A DNA stretch of 64,000 nt from Omnitrophica WOR_2 bacterium GWF2_43_52 (GCA_001805445.1 MHGF01000036.1:7526-71525), one strand, 5' to 3'. Numbered from the stretch's first letter, positions 18,799-28,004 are shown. The notes: generated by a model not told the origin, from the sequence alone. A program made the numbers and translations.

Positions 18799-20019
18799 AT
18801 GAAAAAATTGATTGTGCAAAAATACGGTGGTTCTTCAGTAGCAAATCCGGAAAAGATAAAGAATGTTGCCAAGCGCGTTGTGCGTTACAAAAAAAAAGGC
18901 AATGATTTGGTGGTGGTGGTTTCAGCCTTAGGAGATACCACAGATGAATTGATAGAGCTTGCCTCGCAAATATCGGCGGAGCCTCCGGAGCGGGAGATGG
19001 ATATGCTGCTTTCAACCGGTGAGCAGATATCGGTAGCTCTTTTGGCAATGGCAATTCATGAGTTAGGGTATGAGGCGATATCCTTAACGGGTTCACAGGT
19101 AGGCATTATTACCGATACCGTTCATACAAGAGCGAGAATTGTAAAGATAGAGGCTAATAAAATTCATCAAGAGTTGAAAAAGGGTAAAGTAGTAATCGTG
19201 GCGGGCTTTCAGGGAATGACCCCGGATAAGGATATTACAACCTTAGGCAGAGGCGGCTCTGATTTGACCGCGGTTGCCCTTGCCAAGACGTTAGAGGCTA
19301 ATGAGTGCGAGATTTATACCGATGTGGAGGGGATTTTCACCACCGACCCCCGCATTGAGCCTAAGGCAAGAAAGATAGATGAGATAACCTACGATGAGAT
19401 GCTTGAGATGGCTTCTCTTGGGGCGCAGGTAATGCAGGCGCGCTCTATTGAAGTGGCCAAGAAATTTGATGTGCCGATACAGGTGCGTTCGTCATTTTCC
19501 GAGAACTGCGGTACCATGATTATTAAGGAGGTAAAAAATATGGAAGATGTGGCAGTGACGGGGATAACCCTCAATAAAAGTGAATCTAAGATTACCATTT
19601 GTAATGTTCCCGATAAGCCGGGGATCGCCGCTAAGATTTTTAATCAGCTTGCTCAAGGCGGGATTAACGTGGATATGATTGTGCAGAATGTATCGCATAC
19701 GCGCCAAACCGATATATCTTTTACCGTCCCGAAAGTGGATTCTCAAAAAGCGATAAAATTAACCCAGAGGGCGGCACAGGAAATAGGGGAATTAGAGGTT
19801 TTAGAGGATTTGGATATCGCGCGTGTTTCCATTGTGGGAGTAGGGATGAAGACTCATTCCGGGGTTGCGGCAGGGATGTTTGAGACACTCGCTAAGGAGA
19901 AGATAAATATCGAGATGATCTCAACCTCTGAAATCAGCATTTCCTGTATTATCAAGAAAAAATTCGCGGAGACAGCGGTAAAATCTTTGCATGAAAAGTT
20001 TGACTTAGCTAAGAGGTGA
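18799..20019 (+). CDS. lysC: Aspartate kinase (monofunctional, two ACT domains)
   Basis: KYGGSSVANPEKIKNVAKRV, conserved kinase core, tandem ACT domains at the C-terminus; 406 aa. Confidence 0.9.
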   Translation: MKKLIVQKYGGSSVANPEKIKNVAKRVVRYKKKGNDLVVVVSALGDTTDELIELASQISAEPPEREMDMLLSTGEQISVALLAMAIHELGYEAISLTGSQVGIITDTVHTRARIVKIEANKIHQELKKGKVVIVAGFQGMTPDKDITTLGRGGSDLTAVALAKTLEANECEIYTDVEGIFTTDPRIEPKARKIDEITYDEMLEMASLGAQVMQARSIEVAKKFDVPIQVRSSFSENCGTMIIKEVKNMEDVAVTGITLNKSESKITICNVPDKPGIAAKIFNQLAQGGINVDMIVQNVSHTRQTDISFTVPKVDSQKAIKLTQRAAQEIGELEVLEDLDIARVSIVGVGMKTHSGVAAGMFETLAKEKINIEMISTSEISISCIIKKKFAETAVKSLHEKFDLAKR

Positions 20020-21590
20020 GGAGAATGCTCAAAGTTGAATTATACGATACCACCTTGCGTGACGGCGCGCAGACCGAAGGGATTTCCTATTCGGTCCAGG
20101 ATAAGGTGCGCATTGCCCGTAAGCTTGATGAGATGGGGATTCATTTTATTGAAGCCGGCTGGCCGGCGAATCCCAAGGATCGGGAAGTCTTTAGGATATT
20201 GAAGGCCAAGCCTCTTAAGCAGGCCGCGTTAGTTGCTTTTGGTTCTACCCGCAGGATAGATAAAAAGGCAAGCCTTGACGCAAGCATAAAGAGTATCCTC
20301 GCGGCCGAGACTAGGGTTGTGACTATTTTTGGCAAAACCTGGGATCTCCATATTCAAGAGGTGTTGAAGATTTCCTTGGATGAAAACCTTGCGATAATTC
20401 ATGATACGGTTAAATATTTGGTCTCTCAAGGGAAAATGGTTATCTATGATTGCGAGCATTTCTTTGACGGCTATAAGAGTAACCCGGAGTACGCGCTTAA
20501 GACTGCCTTAATTGCCCAGGAAGCGGGGGCGGGCCGTATTGTCTTTTGCGATACTAACGGAGGGACCGTTACTTCTGAGATGATCAGGATTATCCATCAG
20601 GTTGCGCCTAAACTAAAATCAACCCTTGGCATCCATGCCCATAATGATTTGGGATTGGCTGTGGCCAATTCTATTTTCGCGGTTGAAAATGGGGTTACTC
20701 ACGTGCAAGGGACATTCAATGGTTATGGCGAGCGCTGCGGCAACGCTGACTTAACCACTATCATCGGAATTTTGAAAACCAAACTTACTATCGAGTGCAT
20801 TCCAGATAAGAATCTTAAGGAATTAACGAAGGTTTCCCATTTTGTAAGCGAAGTTTCTAATATGCGCCAGCAGCCGAACCAGCCTTTTGTGGGCAGTTCA
20901 GCTTTTGTGCATAAAGGAGGCGTGCATATTGACGCGATGCTGAAGAACCAAAAAACCTATGAGCATATTGATCCTCTTTGGGTAGGTAATCACCGCAGGT
21001 TACTAGCTTCTGAGCTTTCCGGGAAGATGCCTATTATCTTGAAAGCAAAGGAATTTGATCTTGATTTAGACAAAAAATCGCCCAAGACCCAAAAGATTCT
21101 CAAGCTTTTGCAGGATTTAGAACATAAGGGTTATCAGTTTGAGGCGGCTGATGGCTCATTTGAGATTCTCATTAAGCGCGCGCTAAAGCAGTACAAGAAC
21201 TTTTTTAGCCTGGAAAGTTTCAGGGTGGTGGTAGAGAAAAAGCCTGACGGAAGGATTACGTCTGAGGCGATCATCAAGGTGAAGGTAAAAGGGGTTCAGG
21301 AACATACCGCAGCAGACGGCGACGGCCCGGTGAACGCCTTGGATAACGCCCTGCGCAAAGCGCTTAAGTCTTTTTATCCGACGCTGACTAAAATGCATTT
21401 GTCTGATTTTAAGGTGCGGGTCTTGGATGAGAAAGCGGGGACCGCCTCAGGGGTGCGCGTGCTTATCCAGTCTCAGGATGAAACAGATTCCTGGGGCACA
21501 GTCGGGGTTTCGGAGAATATCATTGAGGCGTCATGGCAGGCTCTCGTGGATAGTGTTGAGTATAAATTGCTTAAGGATAAGGTTAGTTGA
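20016..21590 (+). CDS. cimA: Citramalate synthase / 2-isopropylmalate synthase family (CimA-like)
   Basis: LYDTTLRDGAQTEGISYSVQDKVRIARKLDEMGIHFIEAGWP, HxH metal site (IHAHNDLGLAVAN), LeuA-dimer C-terminal domain; length 524 aa fits CimA. Confidence 0.75.
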   Translation: MRRMLKVELYDTTLRDGAQTEGISYSVQDKVRIARKLDEMGIHFIEAGWPANPKDREVFRILKAKPLKQAALVAFGSTRRIDKKASLDASIKSILAAETRVVTIFGKTWDLHIQEVLKISLDENLAIIHDTVKYLVSQGKMVIYDCEHFFDGYKSNPEYALKTALIAQEAGAGRIVFCDTNGGTVTSEMIRIIHQVAPKLKSTLGIHAHNDLGLAVANSIFAVENGVTHVQGTFNGYGERCGNADLTTIIGILKTKLTIECIPDKNLKELTKVSHFVSEVSNMRQQPNQPFVGSSAFVHKGGVHIDAMLKNQKTYEHIDPLWVGNHRRLLASELSGKMPIILKAKEFDLDLDKKSPKTQKILKLLQDLEHKGYQFEAADGSFEILIKRALKQYKNFFSLESFRVVVEKKPDGRITSEAIIKVKVKGVQEHTAADGDGPVNALDNALRKALKSFYPTLTKMHLSDFKVRVLDEKAGTASGVRVLIQSQDETDSWGTVGVSENIIEASWQALVDSVEYKLLKDKVS

Positions 21591-21868
21591 AAATGTCTGA
21601 CGTAGATTTATATGAATATGCGTATCAAGTTATATCTGAAGCAATTGTCAAGAACAATCCTGGTATTTGGAAGAGTGATTTGCGCAGAATGACAATTGAA
21701 GAAATCAGGCGAAAACTTAAACACCGTATAGCCTTTGAAGATGTGGATTCTTGCGATTTTCGTAATTGGCCAGCAGAAAAGAAGCTGGATTGGCTGCAAG
21801 ATTTGAATGAATTTGTATATAAAACAATAGGCAAGAGTAAATATATGGAATTGAGAGGATTTAAATAA
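21587..21868 (+). CDS. Hypothetical small protein
   Basis: 93-aa ORF translationally coupled to cimA (ATGA overlap). No recognisable motifs. Confidence 0.35.
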   Translation: MKMSDVDLYEYAYQVISEAIVKNNPGIWKSDLRRMTIEEIRRKLKHRIAFEDVDSCDFRNWPAEKKLDWLQDLNEFVYKTIGKSKYMELRGFK

Positions 21869-22057
21869 ATGGTTCTGCGCATGAACCAAGTTGCTCGCGA
21901 TAAAGCGGATAAGAAGGCAAGGCGCGGTTGTTATTTAGAGATTCACATTGAAGAAGACGGGAAGATAAGGTTTATACCGCTCACCAGAAATACGGCTTTA
22001 GTGGTGAGGGCGCTTTCCGATAAGGCTTTCAAAAGCCTGAGTGTTTACTGCGGATAA
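21869..22057 (+). CDS. Hypothetical small protein
   Basis: 62-aa ORF abutting the previous ORF, upstream of the Ycf46-like ATPase. No recognisable motifs. Confidence 0.3.
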   Translation: MVLRMNQVARDKADKKARRGCYLEIHIEEDGKIRFIPLTRNTALVVRALSDKAFKSLSVYCG

Positions 22058-22095
22058 AGAAAAGTATCCTTTTTATAGAAAAGGAGTGCGTGAGC

Positions 22096-23640
22096 ATGGA
22101 AACCAAGTGCGATAAGGAAATTGATGTTTTGGTCAGGGCCAGGTATCCTCTGATTTATTTGGTAAGCTGGGAGGAAACTAGGATTATAGAGCGCTTAAGG
22201 GATATGGCGGAGCGCAGGCAAAAAAAGCTTTTTCTTTGGTCTATTACGCGGGGGATTTTTAAATTAGAGGATGTATCCTCAAAGGTTGACGAGGCGACCA
22301 GGGATCCTATAAACGCCCTTAGCTATATTGAGAAATACCCTGACCCCGCGCTTTTTGTGTTTCTTGACTTTCATTCCTTTTTAAATGACCAAACGATAAT
22401 CCGCAAGGCAAGGGACTTGGTAAGTAATCTGAAAGATACGTATGAAACTTTGATTATTATCTCTCCGGTCTTGACGGTGCCTGTAGAATTAGAGAAGGAA
22501 TTCGTGGTTGTGGATTATGATATGCCCTATTATGAGGAAATGACTGAATTGCTCGATGAGATAATTCAGGTGGTATCTAAAACGCCGGAAGTAACCATAG
22601 ACCTTACTCCCGATACTAAGGAAAGGTTAGCCAAGGCAGCGCTTGGCCTGACGCGTTCTGAAGCGGAGAATGCCTTTGCCCGGGCGATTGTGATTGATAA
22701 GAAGTTAGATGTTAATGATATTGATAAAATCCTCGATGAGAAAAAACAGGCGATTAGAAAGAGTAAGCTGTTAGAATATTATGAACTAAGGGAAGAATTT
22801 TCCAATGTCGGAGGCGTCGATTGTTTAAAAGATTGGCTTTCTAAACGCGGCATTGCCTTTACCCAAAAAGCCCAGGAGTTCGGCCTGCCTCAACCAAAAG
22901 GGATTATGCTCCTAGGCGTGCAGGGATGCGGCAAGAGCTTAACCGCTAAAGCTGTTTCGGGTTTGTGGAAATTGCCTCTTTTACGCCTGGATATTGGCGC
23001 GGTCTTTAGCGGTATCGTCGGCTCATCAGAAGAGAATATGCGCCGGGCAATAAAGCTGGCGGAAGCTTTGGCGCCGATAGTGTTATGGATTGATGAGATA
23101 GAAAAAGGCTTGTCAGGAGTGCAGAGTTCAACATTCTCTGACGCAGGGACCTCCGCGCGCGTCTTTAGCACATTCCTTACCTGGCTCCAGGAAAAGACTG
23201 CTGCTGTGTTTGTCATTGCTACTGCCAACAATATCCAGCAGCTTCCTCCGGAGTTGCTGCGAAAAGGGCGATTTGATGAAATATTCTTTGTGGATTTACC
23301 GACTCAGGATGAAAGAAAAGAGATATTTGGAATACATATAAAAAAGAGAAAACGAGATGCGGCGCGCTTTGACGTAGAGCTTTTGGCCAAGGAAAGCGAG
23401 GGTTTTTCAGGCGCGGAAATAGAACAAGCGGTGATTGCCGCTATGTATGATGCCTTTTTGGAAAAGAAGGATATTGACTCTGAAGGCATTATTCGCAGCA
23501 TAAAACAAAGCGTGCCTTTATCGGTAACGATGAAAGAGAATATTGAAGACCTCCGCGCGTGGGCCAAGTATAGGGCGCGCCCGGCAAGCAGCTCTCGAAA
23601 AGAAGTGTCCTCTAACAAGGAGAGAAAGTTAGAGTTTTAA
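22096..23640 (+). CDS. Ycf46-like AAA+ ATPase
   Basis: N-terminal LVRARYPLIYLVSWEETRIIERL resembles the cyanobacterial/plastid Ycf46 N-domain. Walker A GVQGCGKS, Walker B VLWIDEIEK, arginine finger region. ATG 22096 preferred (SD AAGGAG 9 nt upstream); the GTG at 22090 is too close to the SD. Confidence 0.7.
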   Translation: METKCDKEIDVLVRARYPLIYLVSWEETRIIERLRDMAERRQKKLFLWSITRGIFKLEDVSSKVDEATRDPINALSYIEKYPDPALFVFLDFHSFLNDQTIIRKARDLVSNLKDTYETLIIISPVLTVPVELEKEFVVVDYDMPYYEEMTELLDEIIQVVSKTPEVTIDLTPDTKERLAKAALGLTRSEAENAFARAIVIDKKLDVNDIDKILDEKKQAIRKSKLLEYYELREEFSNVGGVDCLKDWLSKRGIAFTQKAQEFGLPQPKGIMLLGVQGCGKSLTAKAVSGLWKLPLLRLDIGAVFSGIVGSSEENMRRAIKLAEALAPIVLWIDEIEKGLSGVQSSTFSDAGTSARVFSTFLTWLQEKTAAVFVIATANNIQQLPPELLRKGRFDEIFFVDLPTQDERKEIFGIHIKKRKRDAARFDVELLAKESEGFSGAEIEQAVIAAMYDAFLEKKDIDSEGIIRSIKQSVPLSVTMKENIEDLRAWAKYRARPASSSRKEVSSNKERKLEF

Positions 23641-23656
23641 TAGTGAATAAAATGAT

Positions 23657-24376
23657 ATGCTGAGAAAATTCATCAAGCGTTTTGAGAAATTAGAGCACGC
23701 GCCAAAAGATGGTCTGTGCAAAGGATGTATTAAGATTTCAAAACGTTTTGAGCGGCTTGAAATAGGAAACAGGAGAATAGAAGTTGTCATTACAGACACA
23801 ATAGGGCAAACTGAAGTTTATCAGGCGCCAGCCAACGCGAACGTTGATTACTCCGTTGTGTGTCCTTATTGCGGCAAGGAAAACCTCTCCAGCGCTATCC
23901 TCTGTATCTCCTGCCAGAATTCGCTGCAGACGCCTTTAACCGAAAACTATCAGAAAGCTGCCCGGTCAATTAAAAAATGCACCTGTGGGGCAATAAATCA
24001 AGGGGAGAGAAGGAATTGCTGGGTCTGTGGCAGGGATTTTTCCTTGGCAGGGGATAAGAATGTGGCAATTGATTCAGCCAATGAAATAATTCTTAATATT
24101 GATGGCGTAGAGTATAAATCCTCAGATAGAAATTTGCCTTTTGACATAGTGACGCTTATGGAAAGGATACGAAAATACGGCTATAGCAAAGAGTTGATTG
24201 ACGATTGGGTAAAGCGTAAAAAGGCGGAAAATGACTTGAAGCAACAGTCATTGCGCGAACGTATTGAGGAAATAAGATCGCAGCTCTCCGCGCGTCAGGT
24301 TCAGCTCATCATCGGTATTGTGGTTGTGGCACTTTACTATTTTTTTAGGTTTTTTATATTTAATCAATTGAGATAA
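23657..24376 (+). CDS. Multi-zinc-ribbon protein with C-terminal transmembrane helix
   Basis: Cys pairs CKGC, CPYCG...CISCQ, CTCG...CWVCG. C-terminal hydrophobic stretch LIIGIVVVALYYFFRFFIF. Confidence 0.5.
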   Translation: MLRKFIKRFEKLEHAPKDGLCKGCIKISKRFERLEIGNRRIEVVITDTIGQTEVYQAPANANVDYSVVCPYCGKENLSSAILCISCQNSLQTPLTENYQKAARSIKKCTCGAINQGERRNCWVCGRDFSLAGDKNVAIDSANEIILNIDGVEYKSSDRNLPFDIVTLMERIRKYGYSKELIDDWVKRKKAENDLKQQSLRERIEEIRSQLSARQVQLIIGIVVVALYYFFRFFIFNQLR

Positions 24377-24398
24377 TACGTAAAAAGGGAGGACTTGC

Positions 24399-24788
24399 AT
24401 GTCTTCAGAGGCTTGTTTGATTACTATGATTGGCGATTTAATTGCTTTAAAGAGAACCTTGTCCGATTTGCAGGTAGAATATGAAGAGACAAAGACTTTG
24501 ACTACTGCCGATGGATCCTCTCATAAAGTTGAAGTGGTAATTAAGGATCCTAACGGCCGTTTAATCGGCCTTGAGAAAACTAAAAAGGGAGAGTATCAGT
24601 TTGTGGCGGATACAAAAGGCTTAACCAAAGAGCAGTTGAAAAAACAGCAAGTGTTTATCAATAAAATTAAGCAGAAATACGCCTATAGTAAGGTTATTGC
24701 TGAGCTTAAAAAACAAGGCTATATGATTTCCGAGGAAGAGAGGGTTCAGAAAAATACCATTCGGCTGGTAGCGCGAAAATGGTCATAG
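24399..24788 (+). CDS. DUF1257 (Ycf35-like) protein
   Basis: 129 aa; C-terminal KIKQKYAYSKVIAELKKQGYMISEEERVQKNTIRLVARKW matches the remembered Ycf35 pattern (QRYAY...QGF...EE...IRLV.QRW). Confidence 0.55.
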   Translation: MSSEACLITMIGDLIALKRTLSDLQVEYEETKTLTTADGSSHKVEVVIKDPNGRLIGLEKTKKGEYQFVADTKGLTKEQLKKQQVFINKIKQKYAYSKVIAELKKQGYMISEEERVQKNTIRLVARKWS

Positions 24789-24940
24789 CAGCAGAGCTGA
24801 ACATGTTATAGAGGAAGATGATAATTGTTGCGTGTATCGTTAACCTTGCCTACCGGCAGGCAGGCGTGTACCGCTTGCCGTAACGGTAAACGGTTAGCGG
24901 TAAACGGTACACGAAACATAATTTTTAACATAGGAGAGAT

Positions 24941-25147
24941 ATGGCGGGAAAACAAGAGATTGAATTATTTATATCTGATGATGGTGAGCTTAAGGTGCAT
25001 ATTAAGGGCATGAAAGGGCCGGGGTGCCTGAAAGTATTAGAAACTTTGGCAAAGGAAATCGGCAGTGAAAAAGGAAGAACGCTTACCAGTGAGTACTACG
25101 AATCAACGAAAAATACGAATACGACGTCAACGAAGTTAAAAAAGTAG
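24941..25147 (+). CDS. DUF2997-like small protein (usual partner of DUF1257)
   Basis: 68 aa; IELFISDDGELKVHIKGMKGPGCLKVLETLAKEIG...TSEYYE fits the DUF2997 pattern (I..DG.V....G..G..C......L...LG...TSEY). Confidence 0.5.
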   Translation: MAGKQEIELFISDDGELKVHIKGMKGPGCLKVLETLAKEIGSEKGRTLTSEYYESTKNTNTTSTKLKK

Positions 25148-25157
25148 GAAGATTTTT

Positions 25158-28004
25158 ATGGAAGAATTAAACAGCCGTTACAATTCAAAAGAGGTGGAAG
25201 ACAGGATGTATGCCTTTTGGCAAAGTGAAAACCTGTTTGCCGCCAAAGTTAATCCTGATAAGAAGCCTTTTTGTATCGTTATCCCGCCGCCTAATGTAAC
25301 AGGAATATTACATATGGGCCACGCGCTCAATAACACCTATCAAGACATTTTAATCCGTCTTAGGCGTATGCAAGGCTTTGAGTCTTTGTGGATGCCCGGG
25401 ACCGATCACGCCGGTATTGCCACCCAGAATGTGGTAGAACGCCAACTTGCCAAGGAGGGCTTGAAGCGCCAGGATTTAGGCAGGGACAAGTTTTTGGAGA
25501 GAGTCTGGCAGTGGAAGGAGCAATACGGCTCAACGATTATACGGCAGTTAAAGAAATTGGGCGCGTCAAGTGACTGGCAGCGGGTGCGTTTTACTATGGA
25601 TGAGGAATACTCTCAGTCGGTAAAAGAGGTATTTGTTGCCTTGTGGAATAAAGGCCTGATTTATCAGGATGATAAGATCATCAACTGGTGCCCTCGCTGC
25701 CAAACGGCCTTATCGGATGAGGAAGCTGCTCATCGCGAAGTTCAGGGGAATTTGTATTATATACGGTATTCTCTTAAAGAAGAAATTCGAAATTCGAAAT
25801 TCGAAATTCGAGATAAATCTCAAATCGAAAATCACACATCGCAAAATTATATCGTGGTAGCAACCACACGGCCGGAGACGATGGTAGGGGATACGGCGGT
25901 TGCTCTGAATCCAAAAGATGAGCGCTATAAGCACTTAATTGGTAAAACGGTTATTGTGCCTCTAATAGAACGGGAAATTAAAATAATTGCCGATGAATTG
26001 ATTGATATGGAATTTGGAACCGGTTTGGTGAAGGTTACCCCGGCCCATGACTCCAATGATTATGAGATGGGCAAGCGCCATACACTAGAGTTTATCAACA
26101 TTATGCATCCTAACGCGGTTTTAAATACGAATGCCGGTGACTATAACGGCTTGGATAGGTTTGAGGCGCGAGAGGCAATTATTGAAGATTTAAAAGAAAG
26201 AAAACTCATTGAAAAGATTGAGCCGCATACCCATGCCGTGGGGCATTGTTATCGCTGCTCAACCGTGATAGAACCGTATTTGTCAAGGCAGTGGTTTGTG
26301 AAAATGGAGCCGTTGGCAAAACCGGCGATTGAAGCGGTAAAAGACGGGAGAATCAATTTTTATCCTAAACGCTGGGCCAAGGTTTATCTTAACTGGATGG
26401 AGAATATCAGGGATTGGTGTATCTCTCGCCAAATCTGGTGGGGGCATAGACTGCCGGTTTATTATTGCAAAGAATGCTTGAAAACCGGCAGTCAGTGTAA
26501 AGTTGAAAGTGTAAAGTGTAAAGAAAAAGGAATTATTGTGGCTAAAGTTAAGCCCCAGAAGTGTCCGGATTGCGGTGGAGGGGATATCTATCAGGATGAA
26601 GATGTTTTGGATACCTGGTTTTCTTCCTGGCTGTGGCCGTTTGCTACTTTTTATTGGCCGTTTAATACGAAGGATGAAGCCTGCCTGCCGGCAAGGCAGG
26701 GACGAAGGATGAAGGACGAAAAAGATTTAAACTATTTTTATCCTACGTCTGTCTTAGTGACCGCTCCTGAAATTATTTTTTTCTGGGTGGCGCGTATGAT
26801 TATGGCTGGTTTTGAATTCATGGGAAAAGAACCGTTTAAGGATGTCTATATCCACGGCACCGTGCGGGATGTAGAAGGTAAAAAGATGTCTAAGTCCTTA
26901 GGCAATATCATTGACCCTTTGGAAATTATTGAGAAATACGGCACTGATGCGCTTCGCTTCAGCCTTATTTCTATAACCGCAAGCGGGCAGGATGTCTTTT
27001 TATCCGAGCAGAAGTTCGAGGTGGGCAGGAATTTTGCCAATAAACTCTGGAATGCCTCGCGGTTTTCACTTATGAATTTGGATTTGAGTTTAGTAAATGT
27101 GGATTTATGCGTTTTATTTGAGAAGGAAGACCTTGAACTCCCTGAGCGATGGATCTTGAGCCGGTTTTATTCAATGCTTAGTGCCTTAAATAAGGCGTTA
27201 GATAACTACCGTTTTAATGACGCGGCTAATATCCTCTATGAATTTGTATGGCATGAGTTTTGTGATTGGTATATAGAGCTGGCAAAGCCTAATTTGGTGA
27301 GCGGGTTAGCGGGTGAGCGGGTGAGCGGGGAAAGCAAGAATACACAGATAGTATTGTATAAGGTTTTAGAAAAAACCTTAAGGTGTTTGCATCCGTTTAT
27401 GCCCTTTATTACCGAAGAAATCTGGCAGAAACTTTCTTTAACGTCCCTCGTCCCTCGTCCCCCGTCCTTCGTAAGTATTATGACCCAACCGTGGCCGCAT
27501 GTGCAAAAAAAGATAATCGATAAGAAGGCCGAAAGCCAAATGCAGCTGGCTATTGAGGTTATTACCGCGATCAGAAATTTAAAAGCTGAGGTAAAGATTG
27601 CTCCGGCGCAGGCGGTTAAAGTAATGCTCATAGCTAAGGATAAAGAAGTAAAAAGCGCCTTGGATACAGTAGCGAGCTATATCACGAATTTGGGAAGGGT
27701 AGAGGCTTTAACAATTCAAGGAGCGCCCGCAAAGCTGAAAAAAGGTATAAGTGCTATAGTACATGAGGTGCAGGTATTTTTAGAGCTTGAAGGATTGCTT
27801 GATATTGATCAGGAAATAGAACGGCTTACTAAGGAAGCCGATGCGCTTGCGGGATCTTTAAAGTCAAAGGAATCCCGGCTAAAAAATAAGGATTTCCTCA
27901 AAAAAGCACCCGAAGAAATTGTGGAAAAAGAGAAAGAGTCGCTGGCACAAGGCCAGGAAAAATTGGCAAGCCTGCAGAGGGTTATTAGTGAGCTTAAGAA
28001 ATAA
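25158..28004 (+). CDS. valS: Valine--tRNA ligase
   Basis: HIGH (PPNVTGILHMGHALN), KMSKS, editing domain, C-terminal coiled-coil; 948 aa. Carries five short repeat-derived in-frame insertions (25783-25810, 26494-26523, 26667-26714, 27298-27331, 27443-27472). Confidence 0.95.
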   Translation: MEELNSRYNSKEVEDRMYAFWQSENLFAAKVNPDKKPFCIVIPPPNVTGILHMGHALNNTYQDILIRLRRMQGFESLWMPGTDHAGIATQNVVERQLAKEGLKRQDLGRDKFLERVWQWKEQYGSTIIRQLKKLGASSDWQRVRFTMDEEYSQSVKEVFVALWNKGLIYQDDKIINWCPRCQTALSDEEAAHREVQGNLYYIRYSLKEEIRNSKFEIRDKSQIENHTSQNYIVVATTRPETMVGDTAVALNPKDERYKHLIGKTVIVPLIEREIKIIADELIDMEFGTGLVKVTPAHDSNDYEMGKRHTLEFINIMHPNAVLNTNAGDYNGLDRFEAREAIIEDLKERKLIEKIEPHTHAVGHCYRCSTVIEPYLSRQWFVKMEPLAKPAIEAVKDGRINFYPKRWAKVYLNWMENIRDWCISRQIWWGHRLPVYYCKECLKTGSQCKVESVKCKEKGIIVAKVKPQKCPDCGGGDIYQDEDVLDTWFSSWLWPFATFYWPFNTKDEACLPARQGRRMKDEKDLNYFYPTSVLVTAPEIIFFWVARMIMAGFEFMGKEPFKDVYIHGTVRDVEGKKMSKSLGNIIDPLEIIEKYGTDALRFSLISITASGQDVFLSEQKFEVGRNFANKLWNASRFSLMNLDLSLVNVDLCVLFEKEDLELPERWILSRFYSMLSALNKALDNYRFNDAANILYEFVWHEFCDWYIELAKPNLVSGLAGERVSGESKNTQIVLYKVLEKTLRCLHPFMPFITEEIWQKLSLTSLVPRPPSFVSIMTQPWPHVQKKIIDKKAESQMQLAIEVITAIRNLKAEVKIAPAQAVKVMLIAKDKEVKSALDTVASYITNLGRVEALTIQGAPAKLKKGISAIVHEVQVFLELEGLLDIDQEIERLTKEADALAGSLKSKESRLKNKDFLKKAPEEIVEKEKESLAQGQEKLASLQRVISELKK
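25783..25810 (+). repeat. Intragenic tandem repeat (GAAATTC)x4 within valS
   Basis: Read directly. Lies in a surface-loop region that is about 13 aa longer than E. coli ValRS. Confidence 0.8.
26667..26714 (+). repeat. 22-bp palindrome CCTGCCTGCCGGCAAGGCAGGG flanked by perfect 13-bp direct repeats ACGAAGGATGAAG, inserted in-frame inside valS
   Basis: Read directly. The same palindrome family occurs at 15496-15516, 16518-16538 and (reverse orientation) 24844-24866. Confidence 0.8.

Noticed and set aside
24825-25013. 62-aa ORF overlapping the start of the DUF2997 gene
   Set aside because: It overlaps the better-supported 24941-25147 ORF in another frame, and its start lies in a repeat-rich intergenic segment (GGTAAACGGT tandem).
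25388-25860. Small plus-strand ORFs 25388-25573 and 25669-25860 inside valS
   Set aside because: Out-of-frame overlaps within an intact, highly conserved valS reading frame.
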